Origin: Octopus vulgaris
Lineage: Eukaryota
DNA: 64,000 bases
Direction of reading: 5' to 3'
Assembly (NCBI GenBank): GCA_951406725.2
Contig: OX597814.1
Span: forward strand, 217,000,001-217,064,000
Part shown: positions 12,093-23,990 of the stretch, piece after piece
Layout of the letters: each line of letters opens with the position of its first letter
How positions within the stretch are numbered: the stretch's first letter is position 1
Made by a program: the position numbers and the translations under genes
The notes under the pieces: generated by a model
What the model was told of the DNA's origin: nothing
Database searches by the model: none
Seen by the model: the letters and a program-made list of their open reading frames with translations, nothing else

Positions 12093-13624
12093 AAAAGGCT
12101 AAGAACAACTTAGAGCTCATCTTTATTAAATCATGTTTATTTTTATCTCCCAGATATCTATTCAGTCATCTTAGGTAATATTATATTTTTTTATTTGTTC
12201 ATGTGAAACATGGAAAGATAAGAGGAATCTTATCAAATAAACATTCCCTTGCCATAAGAAGTCAATATCCTGCATACTGACTCAGAACTGTTCAGTTTTG
12301 CTTAAAGGCCAGCAATTGTACATATATAACGAAAAAAAAAAAAAACCTTTGGGGAAATTTAAAATATTTTATCTCTTTTCATTGTTTTGTTTTTTGTTTT
12401 AATTTCTTCCAGTTTCAAAACCTTTCACCAGCTTTTATTTTGTTATGTTGCTTTACCAGTCACATAAGGGCACTTAGCATTTTAAAGATGTTTAAATGCT
12501 ATTTGTCCAAGCGAAAAAAAAATGGGTCTTTATTTTAACAGCTGTGCACAAAACAAAATGAGGGTAATTAGGTTTTAAAAAAAAAAAAAAAATTATCAGC
12601 TTAATCTATTTCACATGTTGGCATTATTTTAAGCATGTACATTTTCCCCTAGTGGCATAGATTAGATTCATATGCTTAGCAACATCTATTTACATTATTT
12701 TTGCAGTATTTTATTCTTCATGTTTTGAATTAACACATTCATGAACAATAACTTCACTGTATGCATCCACTCAAAGCAGAATTCAACTGGACAATTAATG
12801 GTTCACGGCTTACTATAAGTATGATCTAATATAAAACTCCTCTTTGAATTGCTTTTCTGCTTCCTATCACCACTCATTTCTGCAGTACATGTCTTTTGAG
12901 GTGCAGGTCTTAAAGGTTCCTCTGATACTAGATTTCTTTCCCAGTCCTTTTGCACCCCTAGAGATAGACAATATTCAGATGCTCTGTTCAATACAAAAGA
13001 AGGAATAAGGACATTATTTACACTAGCTTAAAGTGCAAATGGGTTTTCTACATAGAACATAGTTTGTTTAAAGGCTTTATCTTTTGTCAAATTCCTAGCT
13101 TACTTCTTACTGGAAGGTCCATAGAAAATGTGAGAACAGCATCTTCACTGGCTTTTACAATGTGCTAGATACCTACCATCCAAGAGCTGTATTCCACATT
13201 GTATTTATGACTCAGGGAATAACATTGATGTCTTCATTTAAGTGTCCTGAGTTTGTGAAATGAAAGACATTGCAGTCGAATCCTATAGTCTGGGCAAAGA
13301 TAAGGTAGCTTCTTTGTAGTTTGTGCTGCAATAAAATGCATGCAATGCATACTATGTAGTGTTAGGAAGAGGACCACATCATCGAAATCATATCCTAAAT
13401 AGAATGAATGAGCAAGCTTGGGTTTTTCAACCCATCTGTGAGAATAGTTAGTGACTCCAAATAACAACCAGCTTAGAAAGTGATCACCCATCTAACCCTT
13501 GCTAGCATGCAAAGCAGATGTAAAAATGATAGTGGTGTAGAGTTAGCAGGAAAACGGGTAAAGAAATACTTTCCAGAAACAGAACGGCCAACTGGATGAG
13601 TAAAGGAAATACTAACATAATATT

Positions 13625-13879
13625 AACGTAAAGTATACTAGCCATCTCAATATGGCTAACCACTAGGGGTGGGTGTTACTGTAGCTTTTTAGCCCCAGGA
13701 GATCATCGTCTCCAGCTGGCTTTAGACACAATTTCAGTGCCCTCCCTTTGCAAATATCAGAAGGGCACTGAAATTGTGTCTAAAGCCAGCTGGAGACGAC
13801 GATCTCCTGGGGCTAAAAGCGTCAGTAACACCCACCCCCAGTGGCTAGCCACATTCAGATGGCTAGTACACTTTACGTT
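13625..13879. repeat. Long near-perfect inverted repeat (~118-bp arms, 18-nt loop)
   Basis: 13625-13743 vs 13762-13879, e.g. tctccagctggctttagacacaatttcagtgccct / agggcactgaaattgtgtctaaagccagctggaga. Confidence 0.9.
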
Positions 13880-15500
13880 GTCGAGCGGTTACTGTTTACA
13901 TCTCGTTCGGAGATTTATTAATGCTAATATAATATTAGCAATCACAAAAACTAGTTAATCAAGATTATTAGTTTCAAATTTTGGCACAAGGTCAGCAATT
14001 TAGTGGGAGGAGGTAAGTTGATCACATCGACTCCATTGCTGAATTGGTACTTATTTTATTGACCCTGAAGTTCGGTGGAACTTGAACTCAGAAAATATAA
14101 ATGGACAAAATGCATTCAGCATTTTGCCCAATGTGATAATAATTTTGCCGGCTCCCTGCCTTCATCAAAACTATATATTGAGGAGGGCCACATATTGTGC
14201 CACAGTAAGGATATCAAAGTCAAGGGTGACAATTCAACATTAAAAAAAAAAGTTGAAAGTGATGATGTCTATCTTATCAAATACTGTTTAGCCCCAGGCC
14301 AACTGAAGACCTATGATAAAAGGCATTACAACCACGACCATCTCTAGTTTTCAGTATAGTGTGTTTTGAATTATATTATCTAATGCTGGTGGCACGTAAA
14401 AAGCACCCACTACACTCGCGGAGTGGTTGGCGTTAGGAAGGGCATCCAGCTGTAGAAACTCTGCCAGATCAGACTGGAGCCTGGTGCAGCCCCTGGCTTC
14501 CCAGACCCCGGTCGAACCATCCAACCTGTGCTAGCGTGGAAAACGGACGTTAAACGATGATGATGAATATATCCTTTTAAGATTTAGAGCAATAATGGTA
14601 GATCATTTATTATTTTTTTTTAGCTTGAAAGCTCGAAAATTTTAATTTTTCATTATTAATCATGTTATTTGAGTGTTCCTTTAAATGTTTACATTGTCTT
14701 CTACTTTTAGGTAAATGCTTAAATTTTTCATTTGATGATATTGCAGGGAGATTTTCTTAAAGTTCATTGCTTCTCGCCCTAAACTCCCAACATGCCTTAG
14801 GTATGACATCCCTGCTTTAGTCTCTTGTTTCTAGCTGGCTGGTTGAGTAACCACATAAGAGTTTTCTTTATTGTCGTGTCAAATGTAATATTCTTAGTTT
14901 CTTTGAAGACAATGATGTTTTTAACCACAGATAAGGACTGTCAGACTGATGTTGTTCCTTTTTATTTACTCTTATTCTTGCCTGCATCTCATTTAAGAGT
15001 TGAACTACTGGTGATGTTAAGAAATTCTAATCTCTCTCAATATTCTATTTTTATAAAGAACACACCCATAAACTGGTTTTCCAGGTTTGTTGTGTTGAAA
15101 TAATATAAGCTGATAGCTCAATATATCTCTAGAGAATATTGTTTATCATTAAGAAGCTTGTCAAGACTTGGGGAGCAGTTTTGGCAGGAGTCCAGCTAGC
15201 ACAAGACAAAAATTCTAAATACTTTCTTTTGCTGCAAATCATAAATATATGCTTTATCGTCACTTTTAAGGCCTTATGTAAGAAAAAATTATTTTTATAT
15301 TTACTGTATTGCCAACAGAGCTTAACACTGCAAAGCAAAAATAAACAAAAAAGTGCAGTGTTGGCTGTGTGGTTAAGAAGTTCACTTCCCAACCACATGG
15401 TTCTAGGTTCAGTCCCACTTTGGGCAAGTGCCTTCTATTAGCTCCAGATTATATATATTATATATAAGATTAGTATAATTTTCATGAAACATTGATATAT

Positions 15501-15812
15501 ATGTTTTCTTTTTTAAAGCCAAAACAATGCATGTTATCAAAAATTAATAATACAAGTTGACAGTTTATATGTTTACCTGGTATTTCAATATTTCATGGTT
15601 AGGATACTTTCTTTAGGAAATCTGTGGAGAGAATGTTTTGTTAGCTGATATTTCTATTCTGCAGAACAGAAGTCAACTAACAACACATTTTCTCTGAAGG
15701 CTTCCTTACTCTGAAATATTGAAATAGCAGGTAAAAATATAAGCTGTCAACTTGTATTATTTATTAATCTTTGATAAAATGCATTGTTTTGGCTTTAAAA
15801 AAAGAAAAACAT
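15501..15812. repeat. Long AT-rich palindrome (~155-bp arms)
   Basis: ttttaaagccaaaacaatgcat...tacaagttgacag mirrored by ctgtcaacttgta...atgcattgttttggctttaaaa. Centre ttctattctgcagaacagaa. Confidence 0.85.
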
Positions 15813-16230
15813 TTGTATGTTTGTGGCTCTTATTTCCAGTCTTGTATGTAAACATGTTCAACCATGGGAAAACATTACCTTGCTTGGAAACACGTAATAA
15901 TTAACAACAGAAAGAGCGTTTGGCCATAGAAATTCTGCCCTATGCCAGCATTGAAAAGTGGAGGCTAAAATGATGGGATGATTAGTATAACTTCAAATAG
16001 ACAATAGTTATCACCTGGTATGGAATTTTGAAAGATTTAATTATTTCATTCCACTTTCATTAAATATTTGTATATAACATATAGTTAACTGTGCAAAAGG
16101 TGGAAAATAGTTATTACATAAATAAATACAAATATTGTCTCTGATTTTACAAAAAAAGGCTTAAAACTGAATAAAAATCAGTGCTTGTTTGTTTGAAGTT
16201 CCATCTACAGCTGAGCTGCCTAAATATGTG

Positions 16231-16734
16231 TTAAACAGCAGTGCCATCATTGCCAGGTTCTTCACGCTGGTTGGACATTGCAGTTAGAATTTTGTCAAAT
16301 ATCTCATAGCGCTCCTGTGGATTTGTAACAGAACCCTTCTTCCCCCATAGCAATCGTACTTGGAATTCAGTCCTTAGAACTTCCTGAAGTTCTGGTGCTT
16401 CTCGAAGTTCACCAGTTAGTGATTGGCTAGACATTTTATAAAGAGCTATCTGTGAAGAGATTAACCTTGCTGTGTCAAGGTGTACGAAAAAGCTCTCCAA
16501 GTCAAAAGTAGAATTGTTTGTTTCCCAAGGCATCATATCCATCATGGTTTCTAGGGTTCTTTCCATCAAGCTAACAACAGGTAAGATGTTTGGAATGCTG
16601 ACATTCTGAAGGGGTAGCAAAAACGATCCTTCCGTTAGGGTCTGATGAACACCTCGTAACTTCTTATCATAAATCATTGCACTGCCTGTGTGATCTTGTC
16701 GTAGAATCAACCAAGTATCACGGAGACGTTTTAC
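16231..16734 (-). CDS. BCAR3: BCAR3/SH2D3C (NSP family)-like protein, last exon (C-terminal Cdc25-homology/RasGEF-like domain)
   Basis: ttacag|GTA start and TAA stop. Encodes VKRLRDTWLILRQDHTGSAMIYDKKLR...IPNILPVV...LRTEFQVRLLWGKKGSVTNPQERYEIFDKILTAMS, with the NSP-family TEFxxRLLWGxKG motif. Confidence 0.92.
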   Translation of the reverse strand, partial: VKRLRDTWLILRQDHTGSAMIYDKKLRGVHQTLTEGSFLLPLQNVSIPNILPVVSLMERTLETMMDMMPWETNNSTFDLESFFVHLDTARLISSQIALYKMSSQSLTGELREAPELQEVLRTEFQVRLLWGKKGSVTNPQERYEIFDKILTAMSNQREEPGNDGTAV

Positions 16735-17858
16735 CTGTAAAGAACAAAAAAATTTATCTGTTAATATTTCAGTTTGACATGAAATCAATGTCTTATCCAC
16801 TACATTCATTATTACAAAGAAGAAAAAAAAAAGTAAAATGGCCAAAAACTTAAGAGTAACCACAATTTTATGATTGAAACTTTAACAACAATCATGGCAT
16901 AAAAAAAAATAGAAAGAAGTTTGTATATTTATAGAATGTTTGGAAATTTGACTTTTTGCATATAAATAGCTATGAAATAAAGTCATTGGTACAGCAATGA
17001 ATCAAACTTGGAGGTATGAGGTCAACTCCCACAGCATGCCATTTCATATATATATATATATATAATTTGTTTACAAACACAATGGAAAAAAATAAATAAG
17101 CATGTATTTTTCTTATTTAAATTCTAGATTAGTTTTAAAAAGAAACGAACTATTATTTGCACTGTGTACACTGAGATCTGAAATGAAAATCCTCATATTA
17201 ATACATTCCAGCAGTTTCAAATGCAAATATGCTAGTTGTGTATACCACAAGAGAACAGAGCTTCTCCCTTTTACAATGACAGTGTGTTCATAACACATTT
17301 GGCTCATTGGTGCAAGGGATTCTGGGATGCCAGTATTTCAACATGTGATATCTTGTCAACTAAAAGGGCTTGGACCTTTGAGCCTAAACAAATTGCTGGC
17401 TTTAATTAAAATTTCAGCAAGCACGTTTTTTGGCTGACCAGTGTTTATATCTATCTAGGATGGGTAAACTGTTAAAATCATTTGCACAATCGAATTGAAC
17501 CAGCCAGGATCCCTGGTCTGGTGGTATGTAAAAAGCACTATCCGACTCGTGGCCGATGCCAGCGCTGCCTCGACTGGCTTCCGTGCCGGTGGCATGTAAA
17601 AAAGCACCGACCGATCATGGTCATTGCCAGCCTCCCCTGGCACGTAAAAAGCACCCACTACACTCACAGAGTGGTTGGCATTAGGAAGGGCATCCAGCTG
17701 TAGAAACATTGCCAGATAAGACTGGAGCCTGATGCAGGCTTCCCAGATCCCCGGTTGAACCGTCCAACCCATGCTAGCATGGAAAACAGACGTTAAACAA
17801 TGATGATGATGATGATAGTGAGAGCTGAAATGATGATGAGGCTCAAAGGACTACGTAT

Positions 17859-17905
17859 TTCTGACTGACGAAGCAGAACATGCTGAAACACCTGTGTCCC
17901 AGAAT
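17859..17905 (+). ncRNA. Minimal type I hammerhead ribozyme-like motif
   Basis: ttctga-CTGACGA-agca(gaaca)tgct-GAAA-cac ct gtGTC-ccagaa. Core intact; the first stem-I pair is an A-C mismatch. Confidence 0.55.
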
Positions 17906-18155
17906 CCTCAGCACTAATGAGCTGAGGAGTGTGTTAAGAACACATGGTTGTCATAAAAGGAAGTTGTTCTGATGTAAAAAAAAAAAAAACAAACAGCAAC
18001 CAGCATATTTACATTTCAATCAGCTGGAATGTATCAAGAATAAACATGCAAATAATTGTGCAATTAATGGTATAACAGGGCTAAAATACATTGATTCTCA
18101 ATGTAACAGCTATATTATATTTCCTTATTAGCTTTTAAAATAGGTAAAAATATGT

Positions 18156-18379
18156 TTAACCCATTAGCATTTGGATTTCTCTGTCAAATGTGATGTTTAT
18201 TTATTCACATTGATTTGAACTTGCCAAGCTTTACCTTGTAGCTTTGAGATTTCAGTGACATGATTGTTTAGTTTTAGAAGGACATTGTAGGATGTGAGAA
18301 GCCAGATCTGGCTGGTTTGAAGATAAAACAGGTTGATTATTTTGGCCAGATATGGCCGGTTTAAATGTGAAAAGGTTAA
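18156..18379. mobile_element. Second TTAA-flanked (piggyBac-type) MITE family, degraded
   Basis: ttaa-cccattagcatt...aaatgtgaaaagg-ttaa. Similar copies at ~20687-20915 and ~30290-30854 (the latter interrupted by an RTE-tail repeat). Confidence 0.6.
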
Positions 18380-18490
18380 ACCCTAAATTTTAGAGCAGCA
18401 TGCCTCACTAGAGGCAGAATCATTACACCAAAATTATTGCTCTAATATTGAAGTTAGATTTCAGTGTTTCTTGCAAAACCTTCAACTCTC

Positions 18491-20410
18491 ATCATCATCA
18501 TCATCATCGTTTAACGTCTGCTTTCCATGGTGGCATGGGTTAGACGGTTTGACTGAGGACTGGTGAGCCAGAGGCTGCACCAGGCTCAATCTGATCTGGC
18601 AAAGTTTCTACAGTTGGATGCCCTTCCTAATGCCAACCACTCCGAGAGTGTAGTGGGTGTTATTACATAACACCGGCACAAGGGCCAGTCTGGCGGCACT
18701 GGCAACGACCACGCTTGAATGTTGTTTTTCATGTGCCAGTAAGGCAATCCTGGCAATGATCACGCTCGAATGGTGCTTTTCACGTGCCACTAGCATGGGA
18801 GCCAATCCCTGGACCTGGCAAAGATTACGCTTGGATGTACTTTTAACATTCTCCTGGCACAAGTGCCAAAAGGCAGTACTGTCATCGGCCACGTCAGCGA
18901 TTTTGATTTCACTTTCCTCAATAGGTCCTCGCAAGAAAAGTTTATTGTCCAATGAACGAGGGGTATTCATAAGTGAGCTGGTTACACCCACTGGCATAGG
19001 CCATGAGCTCAGCATATCTCCAAAGGTCTCAGTCACTAGCCTCGGTAAGGCCCAATGTTCGAAGGTCATGCTTCGCCACCTCATCCCAGGTTTTCCTAGA
19101 TCTACCTCTTCCACAGGTTCCCTCAACTGCTAGAGTGTAACACTTTTTCACACAGCTGTCCTCATTTTTTTGCAACACATGACCATACCAGTGCAGTCGT
19201 CTCTCTTGCACACCACATCTGATGCTTCTTAAATCCAACTTTTCTCTCAGGGCACTTACAGTTTGTCGTGTATGCACACTGACATTATACATCCAGCGGA
19301 GCATACTGGCTTCATTCCTTACAAGCTTATGCATGTCCTCAGCAGTCACGGCCTATGTTTCACTGCCATGTAGCATGGCAGTTCGTACACATGCATCATA
19401 CAGTCTACCTTTTACTCTGAGCGAGAGGCCCTTTTGTCACCAGCAGAGGTAGGAGTTCTCTGAACTTTGCCCAGGTTATTCTTATTCTAGTGGCTACACT
19501 TTCAGAACATCTACGCCCGCTACTGACTTGGTCCCCTAGGTAACAGACGCTATCAACAACTTCTAGTTTTTCTCTCTGGAATGTGACAGAAGCTGTTCTC
19601 TGCACATTTTCAGTGTTTATAGCACTTGAGCCATATACAAAAACTATCTTCCCAATTAGCCTTCCTTTGATATTGCTGCACTTTTTATGTGTCCATAGCT
19701 TTCACTGGGTACATCTTATAGAGTTTCTACCTAAGCCTTTTCTACAGATCGAGCAGGGCCATCTACCTGAAGGGATTTGTGGTTTGTCTGCCTTCCTACT
19801 TAATAAGACTTTGGTTTTAGCTAGGTTGACTCTAAGGCCCTTTGATTCTAATCCTTGCTTCCACACCTGAAACTTTTCCTCTAATTCTGATAGTGATTCA
19901 GCAATTAGAGCAAGGTCATCAGTATAGAGGAGCTCCCAGGGGCATCCTGTCTTGAATTTCTCTGTTATTGCCTGGAGGACAATGATAAATAAGAGGGAGC
20001 TGAGGACTGATCCTTGGTGGACCCCTACCCGGAATTCTTCACTGTACACATTGCCAAACTTCACCTTACTGACAGCATCCCTGTACATGGCTTGCACAGC
20101 TCTCACTAACCATTCATCTATCCCTAGTTTCCTCATTGACCACCAGATAAGGGATTGGGGGAGCCTGACAAAAGATTTCTCCATGTGAACGAAAGCCAGG
20201 TACAGAGGTTTATCTTTGGCTAGGTATTTCTCTTGCAGCTGTCTTACCAGAAATATAGCATCAGTGGTGCTTTTCCCTGGCACGAACCCAAACTGCATCT
20301 CATCTAAACTGACTCTCTCTCTAATTAGTTGGGTTATGACCCTCTCCATGACCATCATTACCTCATCCAACAACTTGATACTTCTGTAATTATTTGTATC
20401 TAAAGCAACA
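18491..20410 (-). mobile_element. 5'-truncated RTE LINE (reverse transcriptase fragment, frameshifted)
   Basis: ORF 19702..20373 has QFGFVPGKSTTDAIF, GVHQGSVLSSLLF and LYTDDL (RT motifs). Downstream ORFs 19405..19605 and 19029..19349 continue the protein. 3' UTR and (GAT)n tail end at 18491. Confidence 0.92.
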
Positions 20411-20422
20411 TTTTAAACTTAC

Positions 20423-20591
20423 CTGTTTGAAACCAATTCCTTCCATGACGTTCACAAAGCCAAATAAATTTCCAAGAGTATTTTTAAGTTCTGTAGCAAC
20501 CTGAATCCATTTACTCAACACTTGTGCTCTCATTACAATTTTGTTCCAGATGAGGATTGTTGTGGCTACAAACAACTGCAAGGTGTAACAT
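20423..20591 (-). CDS. BCAR3: BCAR3-like exon (RasGEF-like domain)
   Basis: ttgtag|A...CAG|gtaagt, phase 2-0. Encodes (R)CYTLQLFVATTILIWNKIVMRAQVLSKWIQVATELKNTLGNLFGFVNVMEGIGFKQ. Confidence 0.92.
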
Positions 20592-21600
20592 CTACAACAA
20601 ATTATAGAAGAAGATTAAAAGATAAGGGACTATCCAGCAGAACATTAAGACTGGAGCCTTTTCCATTAGGCAGGAGGCTGTGTAGCTTAACTCTAACATT
20701 CCAACTATTCTCCCAAATGTAATGCTTGCTTATTTATTCACATTGTTTTGAACTAATCATGCATTATCTCATGGCTTTGATATTTCTATGATGTGATTGC
20801 ATATTTTTAAAATTATAGTGTAAGGTAGGTGTGAAAGGCCAGATCTGGTCAGTTTGAACACAAAGCAGGTGGAATATTTTGTCTGGATATAGCCAGTTTA
20901 AAAGCTAAAGAGTTAAGTCTGTTAAATATTGACTTACACAAGGAGACTTCATATTGCCCCCTATTCACTGGTGCCCTTACCATCTTTGCCATTCCATTGC
21001 CTTGAATAATTACTAGAAATCATCATCATCGTTTAATGTCTGTTTTCCATGCTAGCATGGGTTGGATGGTTCGACTGGGGTCTGGGAAGCCAGAAGGCTG
21101 CACCAGGCTCCAGTCTGATCTGGCAGTGTTTCTACAGCTGGATGCCCTTCCTAATGCCAACCACTCCATGAGCTAGAAATATTGCAAACATTTCAGAATT
21201 CCTGTTTACAACTGATTTTCTTTTATGTTTATCAGTGCTGTTCATTAAAGTCACTAAATGCACAGATCTGTAACTGTGTGTTCTGATGGTGACCATACCA
21301 TCTGTTCCAAGACAGTCCATATCTAGGACTCCATAAATCCTTGGTTGTCTTCAGCAGAGTACACTCTATTGTAGGTTTTCTAACCTGAGAATGACCACAC
21401 TCAGAGACTCAGAAAAGCATCCAGGATGCTGCCCTTTGTTCTCAAATTAAAACACCTGAAGAAAAATAAAAACTTTAAGCACTAAAAAATAGTTAAGAAG
21501 CCCCAAAACGTTTAGGAAAAGAGAGGAAGAAATATTTGCATGTATTTGCTTTTAGTCATTAAGCAACAAATAAATGGATCAAAAGTCAAAACTGGTTTAA

Positions 21601-21821
21601 CCCTTTCATTACCATATTTATTTTGAGATGCTCTGTGTTTCTTTCAATTATTTTAAATATAACAAAGAATTTAGTAAAATAACTTAGTTACCATTAAGCT
21701 GGTGTTAGGAACATAAATTGTGACTAAGGTTTGGTGGAAGATTTTAATTCAAAACTTAAGAAAACAAGACATTTGTACTACAGAGCCAGAGGCGGTTTTG
21801 GCCGGGTTAGTAATGAAAGGG
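21601..21821. mobile_element. piggyBac-type MITE
   Basis: TTAA TSD on both sides; TIR CCCTTTCATTAC / (A)GTAATGAAAGGG. Confidence 0.88.
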
Positions 21822-22149
21822 TTAAGGACATCCAAGAACAAGAAAATATAAAAGGTATTGATATAAATTCAAGAATCAGTGGCAATAGAAATTGTTTTAC
21901 ATTATGAATTAATTAGTAGCAGCTAGAGCAGTTTTCCAGATATTTACCAGCTCTGTTTTGGCAACATTTTGTGACTGATGTTGAGACCCAGGTCAACACT
22001 GACTGAACAAATCTTTTAATTAAAGGTGCTCAAGCTGTGACCATCCTGATTTTTTTTCTTCAGACAAAGAGGATCTAGTATCAAACTCAAAAACTAAATT
22101 CCATAAATAAGGTAAAGTTCAACTGAAGGAATGGTTCAGCATCATGAGA

Positions 22150-23990
22150 CAGCCTATCAACTAATCTACTTCTAAAATTGCAACTGGTTCCTTTGGTTTC
22201 TGTCAAGCAGATCTCTGCTCACTTTATGGAATCCTTTACTCTAATCATCAACAACAATGGCTCCATAAGCAGTATTCCAACAGAATAAGCTATATTTGCT
22301 GCCTGTTAAACATCCAACTCAACAATGCTTACACACAACAAAATTCTTCCAAACTTTCCTTCTCCATTTTACCAATTGACATACTTGTTGCTTCAAATTA
22401 AAGTCACAGGCTTTGATAAGATTGCCTTCATTACCCTCAAATGGTGCATGAGTATTAGCTACTATCATTGTCAAACTATTCAATCTTTCAGTGTGTATCT
22501 GAGCTAACTTGATCTTTGAAAATATGTTAGTGTACCCTAATTTCTGACACTGCCAATTGCCAACCTGTTACTCTGACATTCGTCTCAAATATGAATCACC
22601 ATTGCTCCAACACTCTGTCTGTCTGTCTGTCTCTTCAGTACAGTTTCTGTATATTCCAGATCTACTAGGGACCGGCACTCCAATGTCACACCCCCAAAGG
22701 TTCCACATAACATGTTTAGCAAAAATGAATTTCATTATCTCCATGAAGTTGTTTTATCTCACAGCAGCAAAAGTTTTGCCAGATACCATAAACTTCTTGC
22801 TAAGTTGCCAGCCAATAGTCTTCATCTAGCCTTACTATCACTGCCTGCACAAACATGATTCTGATCTATATTCTGTTCGTTCAGGTAGGCTATGAGATTA
22901 ACATAGTCTTATGCAAAAAATACTACTCTTCGCTCTTCCCTAACCCTCCATGCATAGGTACCATTCGTGTAGAACTTAGATACCTCAAGCTAAAATTACA
23001 TTTCCTTTATGAATAGATATCTTAAAAGATCAACCAGTGAAAATATGACAATCCTAATCTCAACATAAAGATGAAATTATCTTGTATCTTAGCATCTCTA
23101 GTACTGAACAATGTGCAACAAAACCTTCCAAGTTGATACAATTGCTTGGCTTCTTGGTCTCTGATAATCTTTACTGGTGTCCCTACCTATATAACATAGT
23201 TAAAACTTTATTTACAGTGGACAGACAGGTGTCCTCACCTTGTTTGTTGTCACCACAACGTTTTGGCTGATGTACTCCCCGGCCTTCATCAGGTGTTCTG
23301 ATAGAATTTCGAACCCAACCATTTATTTAACTAATGGGGTACTCTGTTCTCATTCCTAAGGTATTCTTTTTTGCTGATGTTATTTTTTCTTCTGACATTA
23401 TTTCCCAAGTCCCTGCCTGGGATTGAACTCAGAATCTGAGGATTTGTATAGGCATATAATGTAATGGATAAGAGCACAGGCCACTAATACTTGTGGTAAA
23501 AACAAACAAGGTGAGGACACCTATCCATCCATTGTAAATAATGTACATAATTCCTCATCTCAAAGAAATATAGAATCATAGTTAAAACTTATCAAAAGGA
23601 GTCCCTCTTCAAGGCCAATCAATGGCTGACTCACTAAACAGTCATTTCCAGAATGAAGTAATGGTCCCAACGCTAAAAGTATAAATGGCTTAGACTTCCA
23701 TACAGCTGACTGACAAAGACTTACTCACCAACACATTTCAACCTTCAGTTCACAGACCTGCTGTTTTCTCCCTTTGCCAATTCGGCTCCTACTGCAATAA
23801 CCACTGTTCCTTTGAACTAGCTCTATTCAAGTCCACCTAAAACACCTATTTGTCATTTCATTTTTAATGTGTTTCACAGTCCAACCCTGCACTAAGTATT
23901 TACTCAAATCCTTCTTCCCTGAATAGCAACCCTACTTGGAATTCCTTCCCTTCCAACAATTTTTCCCCAAGATATTGACTTACAGATATT
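22150..23990 (+). mobile_element. Highly degraded CR1/L2-like LINE remnant, interrupted by other repeats
   Basis: Fragments such as LLGFLVSDNLYWCPYLYNIVK resemble the CR1/L2 post-RT region. Boundaries are uncertain. Confidence 0.35.
23209..23541. mobile_element. Penelope-like remnant with inverted repeat and a mutated hammerhead
   Basis: Inverted repeat 23209-23257 / 23491-23541. Minus strand reads cac-CTGATGA-aggc...gcc-aAAA-cGTT-gtg (G12 to A). Confidence 0.55.

Noticed and set aside
18608-19133. Overlapping 172-aa and 158-aa ORFs
   Set aside because: They lie in the RTE ORF end and 3' UTR, in alternative or antisense frames.
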